A DNA stretch of 19,361 nucleotides from a virus (Duplodnaviria; Heunggongvirae; Uroviricota; Caudoviricetes): the IMG/VR virus record IMGVR_UViG_3300029305_007758. One strand, written 5' to 3'. The notes under the pieces were generated by a model. That model saw nothing but the letters and a program-made list of their open reading frames with translations. It was not told the DNA's origin and ran no database searches. Within the stretch, counting starts at the first letter, position 1; every line of letters begins with the position of its first letter. Positions 1 to 8,104 of the stretch are shown here, one piece after another. Both the position numbers and the translations under genes were made by a program.

Positions 1-187
1 TATCTACAGATGAATTATTTGTTTCAATTTTTGCAATTACTTTTAAAATACCACTATATTTTGTTTCGCCCATAGAAGATATCAAAATTCGAGCATCATG
101 CATGGTGTCATTTTCTAATCTAAAATAGATATAATCTCTAATCGCATTTTGTGAAGCTGCAAATGTTTCAAAATCTACTTTTCCCAT
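1..187 (-). CDS. Hypothetical protein, 5' part only (MGKVDFETFAASQNAIRDYIYF...), runs off the window edge
   Basis: ATG at 187 on minus strand, AAGGAG RBS upstream, open for 62 codons to the edge, downstream of a consensus sigmaA promoter. Confidence 0.75.
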   Translation of the reverse strand, partial: MGKVDFETFAASQNAIRDYIYFRLENDTMHDARILISSMGETKYSGILKVIAKIETNNSSVD

Positions 188-222
188 AACAATTCTCCTT
201 TATAGTTTGTTGTATACATAAC

Positions 223-250
223 ATTATACTACAGCAAAATTGATTGTCAA
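223..250 (-). promoter_or_regulatory. Host sigmaA/sigma70-type promoter TTGACA-N16-TATAAT
   Basis: Perfect -35 (250-245) and -10 (228-223) on minus strand pointing at the ORF starting at 187. Confidence 0.85.
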
Positions 251-262
251 TCATGTGACAAT
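243..262. promoter_or_regulatory. Inverted repeat ATTGTCA-N6-TGACAAT overlapping the -35 box, operator-like
   Basis: 7-bp perfect IR seen directly; operator function inferred. Confidence 0.4.
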
Positions 263-284
263 TTTTTGTTTTGTTCTTTTTTGA

Positions 285-294
285 ACCATATTTA
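285..294 (+). promoter_or_regulatory. Class B motif ACCATATTTA (putative phage promoter)
   Basis: Exact 10-mer about 36 nt upstream of the RecU-like start; recurs 7 times, always intergenic and sense-oriented. Confidence 0.7.
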
Positions 295-329
295 ATAAGG
301 AAGAAATTCGTTCAAAATGAGAGGTTGAC

Positions 330-845
330 ATGGCAAAAAATACAGGAAAGTTATTTGAAGATAATTTTAAGGCATCCGTGCCAGAAGATACATATTACGT
401 CAGATTGCATGATGCAGCAATTGGATTTGATACAAAAAATAGTAAACAACGTTTTGCACCAAAATCACCTTATGATGCAATATTATGCCGCGCCGGACAA
501 ATGTATGCGATAGAACTCAAGAGTCATAAAGAGAAACGTTTTTCATTTGGCGAAAAGAATGCTGACATCAAAAAGAGACAGGTGAAAAATTTAACTGATG
601 CAGAGACAGCAGGTGCTGTGGCCGGTGTAGTTCTTAATTTCAGTGATTATGAAGAAACATATTTTATCTGGGCTACAGAATTTTGGAACTTCATGGAAAC
701 ATGCGGCAAAAAAAGCATCAATTTAGATGATGCAAGGAAACTTGGAACGTTGATTCCATGTAAAAAGAAGAAAGTTCGATACAAATATGATTTAGAAGTA
801 TTACTTGCATTGAGTGAAAAGAAATCAGATAAGAAGAAGGAGTAA
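330..845 (+). CDS. recU: RecU-like Holliday junction resolvase (PD-(D/E)xK fold)
   Basis: G-K-x-F-E N-terminus, KSPYD, AIELKS, 'IKKRQVKNL', 'GVVLNF...ETYFI' pattern typical of RecU; GAGG RBS. Confidence 0.75.
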   Translation: MAKNTGKLFEDNFKASVPEDTYYVRLHDAAIGFDTKNSKQRFAPKSPYDAILCRAGQMYAIELKSHKEKRFSFGEKNADIKKRQVKNLTDAETAGAVAGVVLNFSDYEETYFIWATEFWNFMETCGKKSINLDDARKLGTLIPCKKKKVRYKYDLEVLLALSEKKSDKKKE

Positions 846-848
846 ATT

Positions 849-1136
849 ATGACACCAGAGATTATCGCATCCATATTTAAATATACACAAACCATTGTAT
901 CAACATTATTTGGAATAAGTTTATTTTGGCAATTAATAGAATTTGTTAACGTTGTTGCATCAGCACATAAAGATACAGCTGGAGTACGACTCTTAAATAT
1001 ACTTATATCAACAGCTTTGTTTTTTAATATTGAAAACATTATCAAAGGTTGGCTGTTATTGTTGGTTCAAATTATTATTTTGATTATAAATTATTGTATC
1101 AATGAATATTTGAAACGTAATAAATATTATTCATAA
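849..1136 (+). CDS. Small membrane protein, about 3 hydrophobic segments
   Basis: AAGGAG RBS, hydrophobic stretches. Confidence 0.65.
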   Translation: MTPEIIASIFKYTQTIVSTLFGISLFWQLIEFVNVVASAHKDTAGVRLLNILISTALFFNIENIIKGWLLLLVQIIILIINYCINEYLKRNKYYS

Positions 1137-1142
1137 CAATAA

Positions 1143-1178
1143 CTTCGTTTCAATTTCAGTTGATCCTTATTATATGTA
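1143..1178 (+). promoter_or_regulatory. Class A bipartite motif CTTCGTT-N12-GATCCTTAT
   Basis: One of 5 copies with identical 12-nt spacing, upstream of gene at 1217. Confidence 0.75.
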
Positions 1179-1216
1179 TAACAAACAAAAGTTTGTAACA
1201 TAAGGAGAGAATAAAT

Positions 1217-1594
1217 ATGATATACACATCTTATTTTGCAAAACTTAAATCGTTACCGGATAATATTGTTCCAATTGCCATTTGTGCCAAAGTGCCTTCT
1301 TGGTACAAGGGTTTGCAATATAAAGCATTAGCACCAAAATATGAGTTCTTCATGAAATGGAAAGAAACGCATAATAATGATTACTATATCGAATGTTTCA
1401 ATGAACAGGTATTATGGGAATTGGATCAGGATGAAGTTCTAGTTGAATTAAGCAGGATGGCTGGTGAATCAAATCCAAGTTTCGAACATATTTGTTTAGT
1501 TTGTTATGAGAAACCAAGTGATTTTTGTCACAGACATCTTGTAGCAGATTGGTTTCGTAATGCTGGATTTAGTTGCGAGGAATGGAATTCATGA
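1217..1594 (+). CDS. DUF488-like protein
   Basis: MIYTSYFA start, LAP motif, 'LVCYEKPSDFCHRHLVADW' C-terminal signature. Confidence 0.75.
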   Translation: MIYTSYFAKLKSLPDNIVPIAICAKVPSWYKGLQYKALAPKYEFFMKWKETHNNDYYIECFNEQVLWELDQDEVLVELSRMAGESNPSFEHICLVCYEKPSDFCHRHLVADWFRNAGFSCEEWNS

Positions 1595-2034
1595 GAGTTG
1601 CAGTATTAAATCAATATGATGCAGAAAAATTATGTAATCTTAAAAACAATGTAACAATTGCAATGATTTCAATATCATCACCATTTTCTGCAACAATGCC
1701 TAAAGTATTTAAGTCAGAACAAAATGGTATTATTGATATCTTATCGTTAAAGTTTAATGATACGGAAAATACTGATGCGTTATACAAAGGTATCAATAAA
1801 GAACAGGCTACAAAAATAGTTGATTTTGTGAATAGATACAAAGGCGAAATTGATTTAATGGTTATTCATTGTTATCAGGGTAAAAGTAGAAGTGCAGGTG
1901 TCGCTGCTGCAATATTAGAAATGTTACAAAATGATGGTGACAGTATCTTATCTGATAAAAGATATGACGTAAACAAGCTTGTATATATTACTGTATTAAA
2001 TGCATTTAAACAAAAGGAGACTGAATCAAAATGA
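1591..2034 (+). CDS. Cys-dependent protein tyrosine/dual-specificity phosphatase-like protein
   Basis: HCYQGKSRS = HCxxGxSRS P-loop, 'LKFND' acid loop; ATGA overlap with upstream stop supports start at 1591. Confidence 0.85.
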   Translation: MRVAVLNQYDAEKLCNLKNNVTIAMISISSPFSATMPKVFKSEQNGIIDILSLKFNDTENTDALYKGINKEQATKIVDFVNRYKGEIDLMVIHCYQGKSRSAGVAAAILEMLQNDGDSILSDKRYDVNKLVYITVLNAFKQKETESK

Positions 2035-2417
2035 TGGACGATAGAGCAATTACAGAATACAAAATGATCAAAAAAGTATGTGACAGAGCAGAATGTGCAG
2101 CAATTGATCCGTTAGGCCAATGTACCGTAGATGATTGTATGCAGTGTCAAAATGCAAGAGTAAAAATTACGAGACAAGATGGTGTTGTAATGCGTGATGA
2201 TTTTACGCAGGAAGCAAACATCAGACATGAAAACAACCTTTCTTTGTGTAAATGGTTGTTGCAACGAGAAGGTGTGTCACTTGTAGAAGATGCATATAAA
2301 GCTACAGGCATTGAATTGATTGAAAAGATGTATGATGTAAAATTTAGTAAGTTCCAGAGATGGATTTTGGAACGAGTATTGAAGAAACAAAGAAAGGAAT
2401 TAGAAAATAATATTTGA
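2031..2417 (+). CDS. Hypothetical protein (Cys-rich N-terminal half)
   Basis: AAGGAG RBS, ATGA coupling. Confidence 0.7.
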   Translation: MMDDRAITEYKMIKKVCDRAECAAIDPLGQCTVDDCMQCQNARVKITRQDGVVMRDDFTQEANIRHENNLSLCKWLLQREGVSLVEDAYKATGIELIEKMYDVKFSKFQRWILERVLKKQRKELENNI

Positions 2418-2418
2418 T

Positions 2419-3099
2419 ATGAAAATTTTAAAACAACAAAACAAACAAAGCCCTAAAACAGTAATGTTTTATAACAGAGACCTTATTAATGTAATTACAG
2501 ATGAGGAAGCATTTATTGAAAACACAATGCCTTCTGTAATCATTGAAAATTGTATTTTAACACAATTATTACCAATGGATGAATTGTTGCAGAAAAAATT
2601 GTCAGATGTATATACAAACAACATTAGCATTAAACAAATGTTAATTGATGTTTTTAGCGATTTAGGGAAAGACAATAAAGAAAAAAAACGAAAAGAAGAA
2701 AATCAAAAATTAGTAAACCTTTTGTATGAAGAAGTATTTGTAAATTTGAACGAAGAATTGTTGCAGTTTAATAAAACATATGAATTTTCTCTTAATGAAA
2801 ACATGAGGTCACTCATTACTTGTCTTCGCAGTAAATATGCAGATAATAAAGAAGCGATTCTTATATTTGATGCTTGGGACGTGCAGAGTAAAAATATTGA
2901 AATCAACACCGTTCGTTGGTGTAACATGTTATTTAATTTCTTGCTTTTTAATTGGGATAAACTTTATTCATTAACGTACACATATAAGGTGTTATCAGAT
3001 GTTTTCAGAATGGCCGACGAATCAATATTTGACGACTTTTCTTTGTATGAACTACGCAAAACCTTGCAAAATATAGAAAAGAATTGGAACATTGACTAA
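2419..3099 (+). CDS. Hypothetical protein
   Basis: 226-aa ORF abutting neighbours. Confidence 0.7.
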   Translation: MKILKQQNKQSPKTVMFYNRDLINVITDEEAFIENTMPSVIIENCILTQLLPMDELLQKKLSDVYTNNISIKQMLIDVFSDLGKDNKEKKRKEENQKLVNLLYEEVFVNLNEELLQFNKTYEFSLNENMRSLITCLRSKYADNKEAILIFDAWDVQSKNIEINTVRWCNMLFNFLLFNWDKLYSLTYTYKVLSDVFRMADESIFDDFSLYELRKTLQNIEKNWNID

Positions 3100-3118
3100 T
3101 TGAAATGAGGTGACAATT

Positions 3119-3292
3119 ATGTTTGAAACAAAATCACCTTTTGCACCGGAATTATTTGAGCCGGACCGTATTGCGTACATAAATGACATGGGGCAATATT
3201 TACAACGTTTAAAAGAGATGGATAAGATGGACGCAAAAGAATTGGCTCGGAAAAATTTGGTGCAGATTGGACTTATTAAAGAAGAAAGTTAG
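3119..3292 (+). CDS. Small hypothetical protein (MFETKSPF...)
   Basis: GAGGTG RBS before ATG 3119. Confidence 0.6.
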   Translation: MFETKSPFAPELFEPDRIAYINDMGQYLQRLKEMDKMDAKELARKNLVQIGLIKEES

Positions 3293-3302
3293 GAACAAAA
3301 AT

Positions 3303-3755
3303 ATGTGGAAACAAATAATCATATGTAGAAAAGATTTATCCATGTCACCGGGGAAACTTGCGGCACAAGTATCACATGCAAGTATGGCATTTTTAACAAC
3401 AATGATTCGCAACAGTATATCGCAAGATACACCAGAATATTCACTTGCATATGAGCCAACATTTTATGAAGTTAAGTTAATATTAAATAAAGATTTATAC
3501 GAACAATGGATAAATGGTGCGTATACAAAATGTGTATTAGAAGCTCGTAACAAAAATCATCTTCTTAAAGCAAAACATATAGCAGAAGAACTTGGTATGA
3601 AAGAAGGCGAAGATTTCTTTTTGATATATGATAATTGTTACACCGAACTTGCACCGGAAGAAGAAAATGGAACAACATTAACTGCAATCGGATTTAGACC
3701 AATGCCAGCAGAAATAATTGATAAAATTGGTAAAAAACATCATTTGTATATGTAA
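3303..3755 (+). CDS. pth2: Peptidyl-tRNA hydrolase, Pth2 (archaeal/eukaryotic-type) family
   Basis: KQIIICRKDLSMSPGKLAAQVSHAS, YTKCVL, 'IYDNCYTEL...GTTLTAIGFRP' are Pth2 hallmarks. Confidence 0.9.
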   Translation: MWKQIIICRKDLSMSPGKLAAQVSHASMAFLTTMIRNSISQDTPEYSLAYEPTFYEVKLILNKDLYEQWINGAYTKCVLEARNKNHLLKAKHIAEELGMKEGEDFFLIYDNCYTELAPEEENGTTLTAIGFRPMPAEIIDKIGKKHHLYM

Positions 3756-3862
3756 ATGTAAAAGTAGTTAACATAGTGGATAAGTCATTAAAGTGGCCTA
3801 GTGGTGTCGGTGTATAGTAGGTCGGGACTATGCATTATTATTGAAAAGAGGAGATTAAATTC

Positions 3863-4597
3863 ATGATATATGTTTGTTCAGATATCCATGGTCGCTATGA
3901 TCGTTGGATGAAATTATTGGAAACAATTAATTTTGGACCGGAAGATACTATGTATGTATTAGGAGATGTAATTGACCGTGGTCCGGATGGCATTAAGATA
4001 TTACTTGATATTGCTGCAAGAAAAAATGTGCATTTACTTATGGGTAACCATGAATATATGATGCTGGTGTCACTTGCAGATGTTTTTTCAGGCAAAGAAT
4101 ATTCAAGAACCCTTAATGTTTGGACGAAACCAAAAAATGGCGGTGCTATTACACTTGCTGCATTTTTAGACGCATCAGAAGAAGAACAGAATACAGTTAT
4201 TGAATTATTACAGGATGCATTAGTAATTAAAATTATTGAAATCAATGGGCAAAAGTTTCATCTTAGTCACAGTAATACGATTGATGTAATTGAAAAAGAT
4301 GAATATAAAGTTTCGGAACTTAGTATTTTTGATTTAAATGATGTCCTTTGGACATCACCATTTCGTGGCGATGAACTTTATGTACCATTAGATTATTATA
4401 ACGGTTCATATTGCTATATTGTAGGACATGTTCCAACTCAACGTATCAATGGCGTTGATACTACAGAATTTGTAAAAACAGACACAAAGAATGGGTGTAT
4501 CATTGATATCGATTTGGGATGTGCATTGGACGATACAACAAGAAACTGTCTCGGATGTTTGCGTCTCGATGATATGGAAGAATTCAAAATTGAGTAG
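3863..4597 (+). CDS. PPP-family metallophosphoesterase (lambda NinI-like Ser/Thr phosphatase)
   Basis: DIHG, GDVIDRG, GNHE, GHVP and IDLGC motifs. Confidence 0.92.
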   Translation: MIYVCSDIHGRYDRWMKLLETINFGPEDTMYVLGDVIDRGPDGIKILLDIAARKNVHLLMGNHEYMMLVSLADVFSGKEYSRTLNVWTKPKNGGAITLAAFLDASEEEQNTVIELLQDALVIKIIEINGQKFHLSHSNTIDVIEKDEYKVSELSIFDLNDVLWTSPFRGDELYVPLDYYNGSYCYIVGHVPTQRINGVDTTEFVKTDTKNGCIIDIDLGCALDDTTRNCLGCLRLDDMEEFKIE

Positions 4598-4601
4598 AAA
4601 T

Positions 4602-4638
4602 AAAAAAGGTGTTACAAAGAATTTTGTGACATCTTTTT
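4602..4638 (+). terminator. Intrinsic terminator
   Basis: AAAAAAGGTGTTACAAA / TTTGTGACATCTTTTT stem with U-tract after gene end. Confidence 0.8.
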
Positions 4639-4670
4639 CTACGTTTTAATAAAAATTGAACCTAATATAT
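4639..4670 (+). promoter_or_regulatory. Class A motif CTACGTT-N12-GAACCTAATATAT
   Basis: Same spacing as the other copies; directly abuts terminator U-tract. Confidence 0.75.
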
Positions 4671-4685
4671 CTGTAGTAATGATAA

Positions 4686-4723
4686 ACCGTTCACACACCG
4701 AGCCTTCAGGCTCGTGTGTTCTT
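4686..4723. repeat. GC-rich hairpin element ACCGTTCA-CACAC-CGAGCC-TTCA-GGCTCG-TGTGTTCTT, related to the 14979-15116 element
   Basis: Stem-loop seen directly; shares ACCGTTCA, CACAC and GTGTTCTT in the same order with 15078-15115. Confidence 0.55.
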
Positions 4724-4748
4724 GATTATGTTAGAAAGGAATACACTG

Positions 4749-5039
4749 ATGAAAAAGTTAGCTGATGCAAAAAATAATCCAGACGTTTTTAAAATAGAGC
4801 ACACTTGTACCGGTAAAGGTTGGAAACAAGGCGGTCGTAAACCATGTTATGCATTATGGGAAGTTGCCGCATATGATATTTTGAAACGAAAATCTATGGA
4901 CTATGGTGGTGGCACAGAAATTTCATATGGATTTATTTGTCCGGAATGTGGTTGTTTCACAGAAATTGATGCGGCAAAGTTGCCTTATGAAGTAAAAAGT
5001 AATGCAATTGAGTATACAGTAGAAATGCAGCAGGTATAG
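4749..5039 (+). CDS. Hypothetical protein, probable Zn-binding (HTC...C, CPECGC)
   Basis: GAAAGGA RBS before ATG 4749. Confidence 0.7.
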   Translation: MKKLADAKNNPDVFKIEHTCTGKGWKQGGRKPCYALWEVAAYDILKRKSMDYGGGTEISYGFICPECGCFTEIDAAKLPYEVKSNAIEYTVEMQQV

Positions 5040-5049
5040 GAGACTGGTT

Positions 5050-5460
5050 ATGATTAAGAACCCAAAACATGGTTGGTGCACATTTTCACTTGGAACATTT
5101 GTTGGAACTCCAAGTTATTTAACAGATGTACCAATGGATTTATTAGATGTATTTATTAATTATTTTGAAAATGGATACAGCGCCGTTGTATTCGATGAAG
5201 AAGGTACAGACTTTACATTGGTTATGACTGCATACAATGATAGTATTTTTATCATTGCAGAACGATACGAAAAACCTACGTTACATAATTTTAGTAACTT
5301 TAATGTTCGTGACTTAGCGAATGAGTTAATTAACGATTTAGAATCAGATTTACATGGATGGTCATTGTTTTTAGCAAATGATGATCCGGAAGAAATTAAA
5401 CTGCATCGAGATGAAATCAGACAGAAGATTGCGAAGTTAAAGAAAATGATGGAGAAATAA
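5050..5460 (+). CDS. Hypothetical protein
   Basis: AGGAG RBS, 136 aa. Confidence 0.75.
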   Translation: MIKNPKHGWCTFSLGTFVGTPSYLTDVPMDLLDVFINYFENGYSAVVFDEEGTDFTLVMTAYNDSIFIIAERYEKPTLHNFSNFNVRDLANELINDLESDLHGWSLFLANDDPEEIKLHRDEIRQKIAKLKKMMEK

Positions 5461-5461
5461 T

Positions 5462-6031
5462 ATGCAAAACTACTTAACCTGTTGGGAAGAAAATGGAACA
5501 AAAAGATGGGAAGTTACAAATAATAAAGATAATAGGGAACTCTGTCTCGAATTGTTACAGAATGAAAATGTCGACAATCACAGTATCTTTATCACCCCCG
5601 TAACAGGTGGATTTGTTCAAGGGATTTGGTTGATTCCTGATGGACATAAAAGTGATCGGGTTGATTTTTGGAACTTTCATGAAGATTACGGTAAAGCATA
5701 TGTGAAACCAAAATTGAGTGAAATGACAAAACAAATCGTATCTGATATCGAGGAACAGCGTGGTGATGATACAAAATACGGCTGGCTTTCACCGGATGGA
5801 CGTTATTTCCATTGTAATTATCAGGGTCATACTACATTGGCATATGATATCTGTTTCGGTTTGGTTGAGACCAGTAATCCGGAACGCTATCTGGAAGAAC
5901 GCGGTTGGTGTAAAATCTTCAAACCACTTGGTAATAAGAAATATTGTGTATATGTTGGTGGGAAACATGTAATTACTGATGCTCAGATGAAGAAGCTGAT
6001 TGAATTGGGACTAGAATTTCTGCCGCATTAG
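5462..6031 (+). CDS. Hypothetical protein with C-terminal WLSPDG...H...LExxGW domain
   Basis: GGAG RBS; domain shared with 18794-19276. Confidence 0.75.
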   Translation: MQNYLTCWEENGTKRWEVTNNKDNRELCLELLQNENVDNHSIFITPVTGGFVQGIWLIPDGHKSDRVDFWNFHEDYGKAYVKPKLSEMTKQIVSDIEEQRGDDTKYGWLSPDGRYFHCNYQGHTTLAYDICFGLVETSNPERYLEERGWCKIFKPLGNKKYCVYVGGKHVITDAQMKKLIELGLEFLPH

Positions 6032-6061
6032 TGAAAAAGTAAACAACAAGGAGATAGATCA

Positions 6062-6700
6062 ATGAAAGTTACAATTGAAGGTGGATATGAAGCTGCTAAG
6101 GAACAAATTTATAATGAAGCATTAATAAATAAGCAGAATGAACTAAAAAATATTTATTTCAAAATCTTTGATAAAGAATTTGTAATGGGATTAATTGTAA
6201 TTGCATTTTTGTTTGCAGTTTCTTTTGATCCATCATTTAATCCAAAAATAGCAACGATTATATTAAGATATGGAATGTTAGTAGTTATTGTTTTTGAGTT
6301 AATTTTGCGGATCCGAGAATGCAAATCAAGCAAAAAACTTTATGCAGATTTAATTGAGAAACAAAAAAGCATGACATTTGATGAATATGTTAAATACGTT
6401 GAATGTATTGAAAAAGATGACATTTATATAGACAGTGACATAATTTACGAACTTGATAGATTGAAGAGATTAGAATTGTTATCAAATCCAGACATAATAT
6501 CTATGGAATATACAGTTAATGATCTTTTTTGGGATATTTGTTTGTCTTTTTTGATAGAAACAAAGAACAATCAAAAAGAAACTATTGATATCGTGTGTGG
6601 ATGTATCGAATATACAGATTCAGAAGAAGAATTGGTATGGGAAGTGGGACTTCCTATACTTTTCCGAACAAATAATAAAGAACTTGTTAATAAATGTTAG
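6062..6700 (+). CDS. Membrane protein (2 TM), paralogue 1 of tandem pair
   Basis: AAGGAG RBS; MKVTIEGGYEAAK N-terminus shared with next gene. Confidence 0.8.
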   Translation: MKVTIEGGYEAAKEQIYNEALINKQNELKNIYFKIFDKEFVMGLIVIAFLFAVSFDPSFNPKIATIILRYGMLVVIVFELILRIRECKSSKKLYADLIEKQKSMTFDEYVKYVECIEKDDIYIDSDIIYELDRLKRLELLSNPDIISMEYTVNDLFWDICLSFLIETKNNQKETIDIVCGCIEYTDSEEELVWEVGLPILFRTNNKELVNKC

Positions 6701-6718
6701 GAAAGGATGTATAAATCA

Positions 6719-7381
6719 ATGAAAGTTACAATTAAAGGCGGTTATGAAGCTGCCAAGGGACGAATTTATAACGAATCGTTAGAAGGTAAACAGAAAGAAT
6801 TGGATAAAATTAAGCTTTTTCGTTTTGATACGTTAAATGAAAAAGCGGCAGTCATGATACAAATTATAACAGTATTTTGTTTTGCACTTTCTTTTTTGCC
6901 ATTATTTGATGAAAATAGTGCACTTTTGGTTAGATGTTCAATGTTATTTACTTTCTTTTTTACAATTGCTGCGGATATTTCATCATGTAAATCAGAAAGA
7001 AAGCGCTACATGAATCTAATTGAAAAACACAAAAGCATGTCCATGATTGAATACATAAAATATGTAAATAACGATTCACATTTTCTTATATTTGATGATG
7101 AATACATGATTGATTCGTACAATGATTTACAAAAGTTTGCATCATTATTGGATCCAGATATTGTTTCTATTGAATATACACGTGTTAACGGTGAATTATC
7201 ATCAAATGTGTTGTTCTTTGTGAAAAAGAAAAATAACCAAAAAGATGCAGTTGATTTTGGACTTATCAATATTCTGTACAGAGATTCCGAAGAAGACGAA
7301 CTTGTTTGGGACGAAGATAGCGTAATCACTCTTTATACAAACGATAAAGGATTTGTTAAGAAAAAGGATGGAGAAAATTAA
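6719..7381 (+). CDS. Membrane protein (2 TM), paralogue 2 of tandem pair
   Basis: MKVTIKGGYEAAK; start chosen by homology to paralogue 1. Confidence 0.8.
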   Translation: MKVTIKGGYEAAKGRIYNESLEGKQKELDKIKLFRFDTLNEKAAVMIQIITVFCFALSFLPLFDENSALLVRCSMLFTFFFTIAADISSCKSERKRYMNLIEKHKSMSMIEYIKYVNNDSHFLIFDDEYMIDSYNDLQKFASLLDPDIVSIEYTRVNGELSSNVLFFVKKKNNQKDAVDFGLINILYRDSEEDELVWDEDSVITLYTNDKGFVKKKDGEN

Positions 7382-7382
7382 A

Positions 7383-7628
7383 ATGAGTTTAAAGGAACGT
7401 GTAGATAATATTATTGCATACTACAATAATTATGGAGCAAACGATATCAATGATTGCATAAATCGTTTGGATACATTGTTAAAGAATGAACCAAGTGTTA
7501 CCGGATACAGAATTGGCAAAGATACAGATGTTTTTGAATCGTCTGGTGTTGATATTTATTATGTTAGTGTTGCGTGGGTAGATGGGAATGGATTGAATCT
7601 GTGCGGTGGTCCGGTATACAGCTGTTAG
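7383..7628 (+). CDS. Hypothetical protein
   Basis: GGAG RBS before ATG 7383. Confidence 0.7.
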   Translation: MSLKERVDNIIAYYNNYGANDINDCINRLDTLLKNEPSVTGYRIGKDTDVFESSGVDIYYVSVAWVDGNGLNLCGGPVYSC

Positions 7629-7643
7629 GAAAGGATAAAAGAA

Positions 7644-8087
7644 ATGAAAGTAATTTTGAAACGTGATATTAAAAATAAAGGCAAACGCGGTGACATCATC
7701 ACTGTCGCAGATAGCTATGCCAAAAATGTTTTAATTAAAAATGGTGATGCAGTAGAAGCAACATCTGGTGCGATGAATGATTTGAAGTTGGCAAATAATA
7801 ATCGCGATAAAGTAGAAGCCATGGCAGTAGCAGAAGCGAATGAGGCAAAAAGACTTATTGAATCAAATGAAGTTGTGATGTCTATTAAAACCGGAGACAC
7901 CGGTAAATCACATGGCCATATTACGTCGCAAAAAATTGCTGATGCAATTAATATGCAGCTTGGAGTTGAAGTGGATAAACGTGACATTAAAACAGATACC
8001 ATTGACTTGCCAGGCAAATATGAGCTGCAGGTAAAATTGCATAAAAATGTAATTGCGACGGTGAATTTGCATGTAAAACAGGTGTAG
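7644..8087 (+). CDS. rplI: Ribosomal protein bL9 homologue, full length, diverged
   Basis: MKVILKRDIKNKGKRGDIITVADSYAKNVL (NTD), AVEAT, linker helix, G-x-IT-S-x-x-IADAI, 'GVEVDKRDI', 'GKYELQVKLH' (CTD); 147 aa as in canonical bL9. Confidence 0.92.
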   Translation: MKVILKRDIKNKGKRGDIITVADSYAKNVLIKNGDAVEATSGAMNDLKLANNNRDKVEAMAVAEANEAKRLIESNEVVMSIKTGDTGKSHGHITSQKIADAINMQLGVEVDKRDIKTDTIDLPGKYELQVKLHKNVIATVNLHVKQV

Positions 8088-8104
8088 AAAGTGAGAAATA
8101 AATA

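Noticed and set aside
271-513. Alternative-frame plus-strand ORFs (271-513, 5760-5972, 8916-9158, 13080-13298, 13593-13796, 17670-17912)
   Set aside because: Overlap stronger genes, lack RBS, no recognisable motifs
849-1136. Holin call for the small 3-TM protein
   Set aside because: No adjacent endolysin or lysis context; topology alone is insufficient
3790-3835. tRNA-like TGGCCTAGTGG D-arm fragment
   Set aside because: No acceptor stem, anticodon arm or TTC T-loop
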